From: Promethearchaeia archaeon
Lineage (GTDB): Archaea; Asgardarchaeota; Lokiarchaeia; Sigyniarchaeales; SOKP01
Reading direction: 5' to 3'
DNA: 36,835 nucleotides
Assembly (NCBI GenBank): GCA_029856125.1
Contig: JAHQWJ010000061.1
Span: forward strand, 1-36,835
Shown here: positions 36,693 through 36,835 of the stretch, in pieces
Layout of the letters: every line of letters begins with the position of its first letter
How positions within the stretch are numbered: position 1 is the first letter of the stretch
Made by a program: the position numbers and the translations under genes
Notes under the pieces: model-generated
Database searches by the model: none
What the model was told of the DNA's origin: nothing
Seen by the model: only the letters and a program-made list of their open reading frames with translations

Positions 36693-36835
36693 TTGCCATA
36701 TAAAAGCACTACTTTTACCTTAGAATCGGTAATTAAGAATTTCGAAGAAAAAAGAATTACTGAAAAAATCAATACCCGCAATCGAGGGGTAATATATACA
36801 CCTCAACCGATTGCTGATCTAATGGTATTAAATAT
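36693..36835 (+). CDS. Probable N6-adenine DNA methyltransferase / type IIG R-M protein, 5' part only
   Basis: From TTG 36693: MPYKSTTFTLESVIKNFEEKRITEKINTRNRGVIYTPQPIADLMVLN..., containing the G-x-x-YTP-x-x-IA motif X; truncated by the window edge. Confidence 0.6.
   Translation, partial: MPYKSTTFTLESVIKNFEEKRITEKINTRNRGVIYTPQPIADLMVLN

Noticed and set aside
1-36835. CRISPR array, tRNA/rRNA, IS elements or integrase
   Set aside because: No regularly spaced repeats, cloverleaf or GC-rich RNA segments, terminal inverted repeats with a transposase, or recombinase motifs were seen.

Overview
AT-rich archaeal chromosomal window, most likely Asgard archaea (Lokiarchaeia). This is inferred from archaeal EF-1beta, the COG2888-type Zn-ribbon, RIO2 and Sm together with eukaryote-signature-like genes (Rab-like GTPase, gelsolin-like domain, PPP phosphatase). 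The left ~8.8 kb is a minus-strand operon hdrC-hdrB-frhB/fpoF-like-hdrA(N half)-hdrA(C half)-mvhD(+wHTH)-hdrA(fused, runs off the window and is missing from the ORF track). It is followed by an Lrp regulator flanked by two small Cys-rich ORFs, GMP synthase subunit B, msrA, an acyl-CoA ligase, a small GTPase, a Zn/wHTH protein, a Zn-ribbon (missed by the ORF track) and EF-1beta. Next come mutL/mutS split by a GT87-like gene, an enoyl-CoA hydratase, an alpha/beta hydrolase lacking its catalytic Ser, and a POR-family gamma|delta-alpha-beta cluster split by a 4xPAS histidine kinase. The right part holds a gelsolin-like/4TM fusion, RIO2, a TetR-methyltransferase pair with two clear palindromic operators, Sm/LSm, GGCT, a PPP phosphatase and the start of a probable N6 DNA methyltransferase. 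The most notable non-annotated structure is at 34318-35685. A ~740-bp insert bounded by a perfect 21-bp direct repeat carries one Zn-finger gene plus diverged remnants of all three neighbouring genes (PPP 3' end, Sm 3' end, internally deleted GGCT). This is the footprint expected of a single-crossover integration of a small circle from a related lineage. No tRNA, rRNA, CRISPR array, transposase or integrase was recognised.
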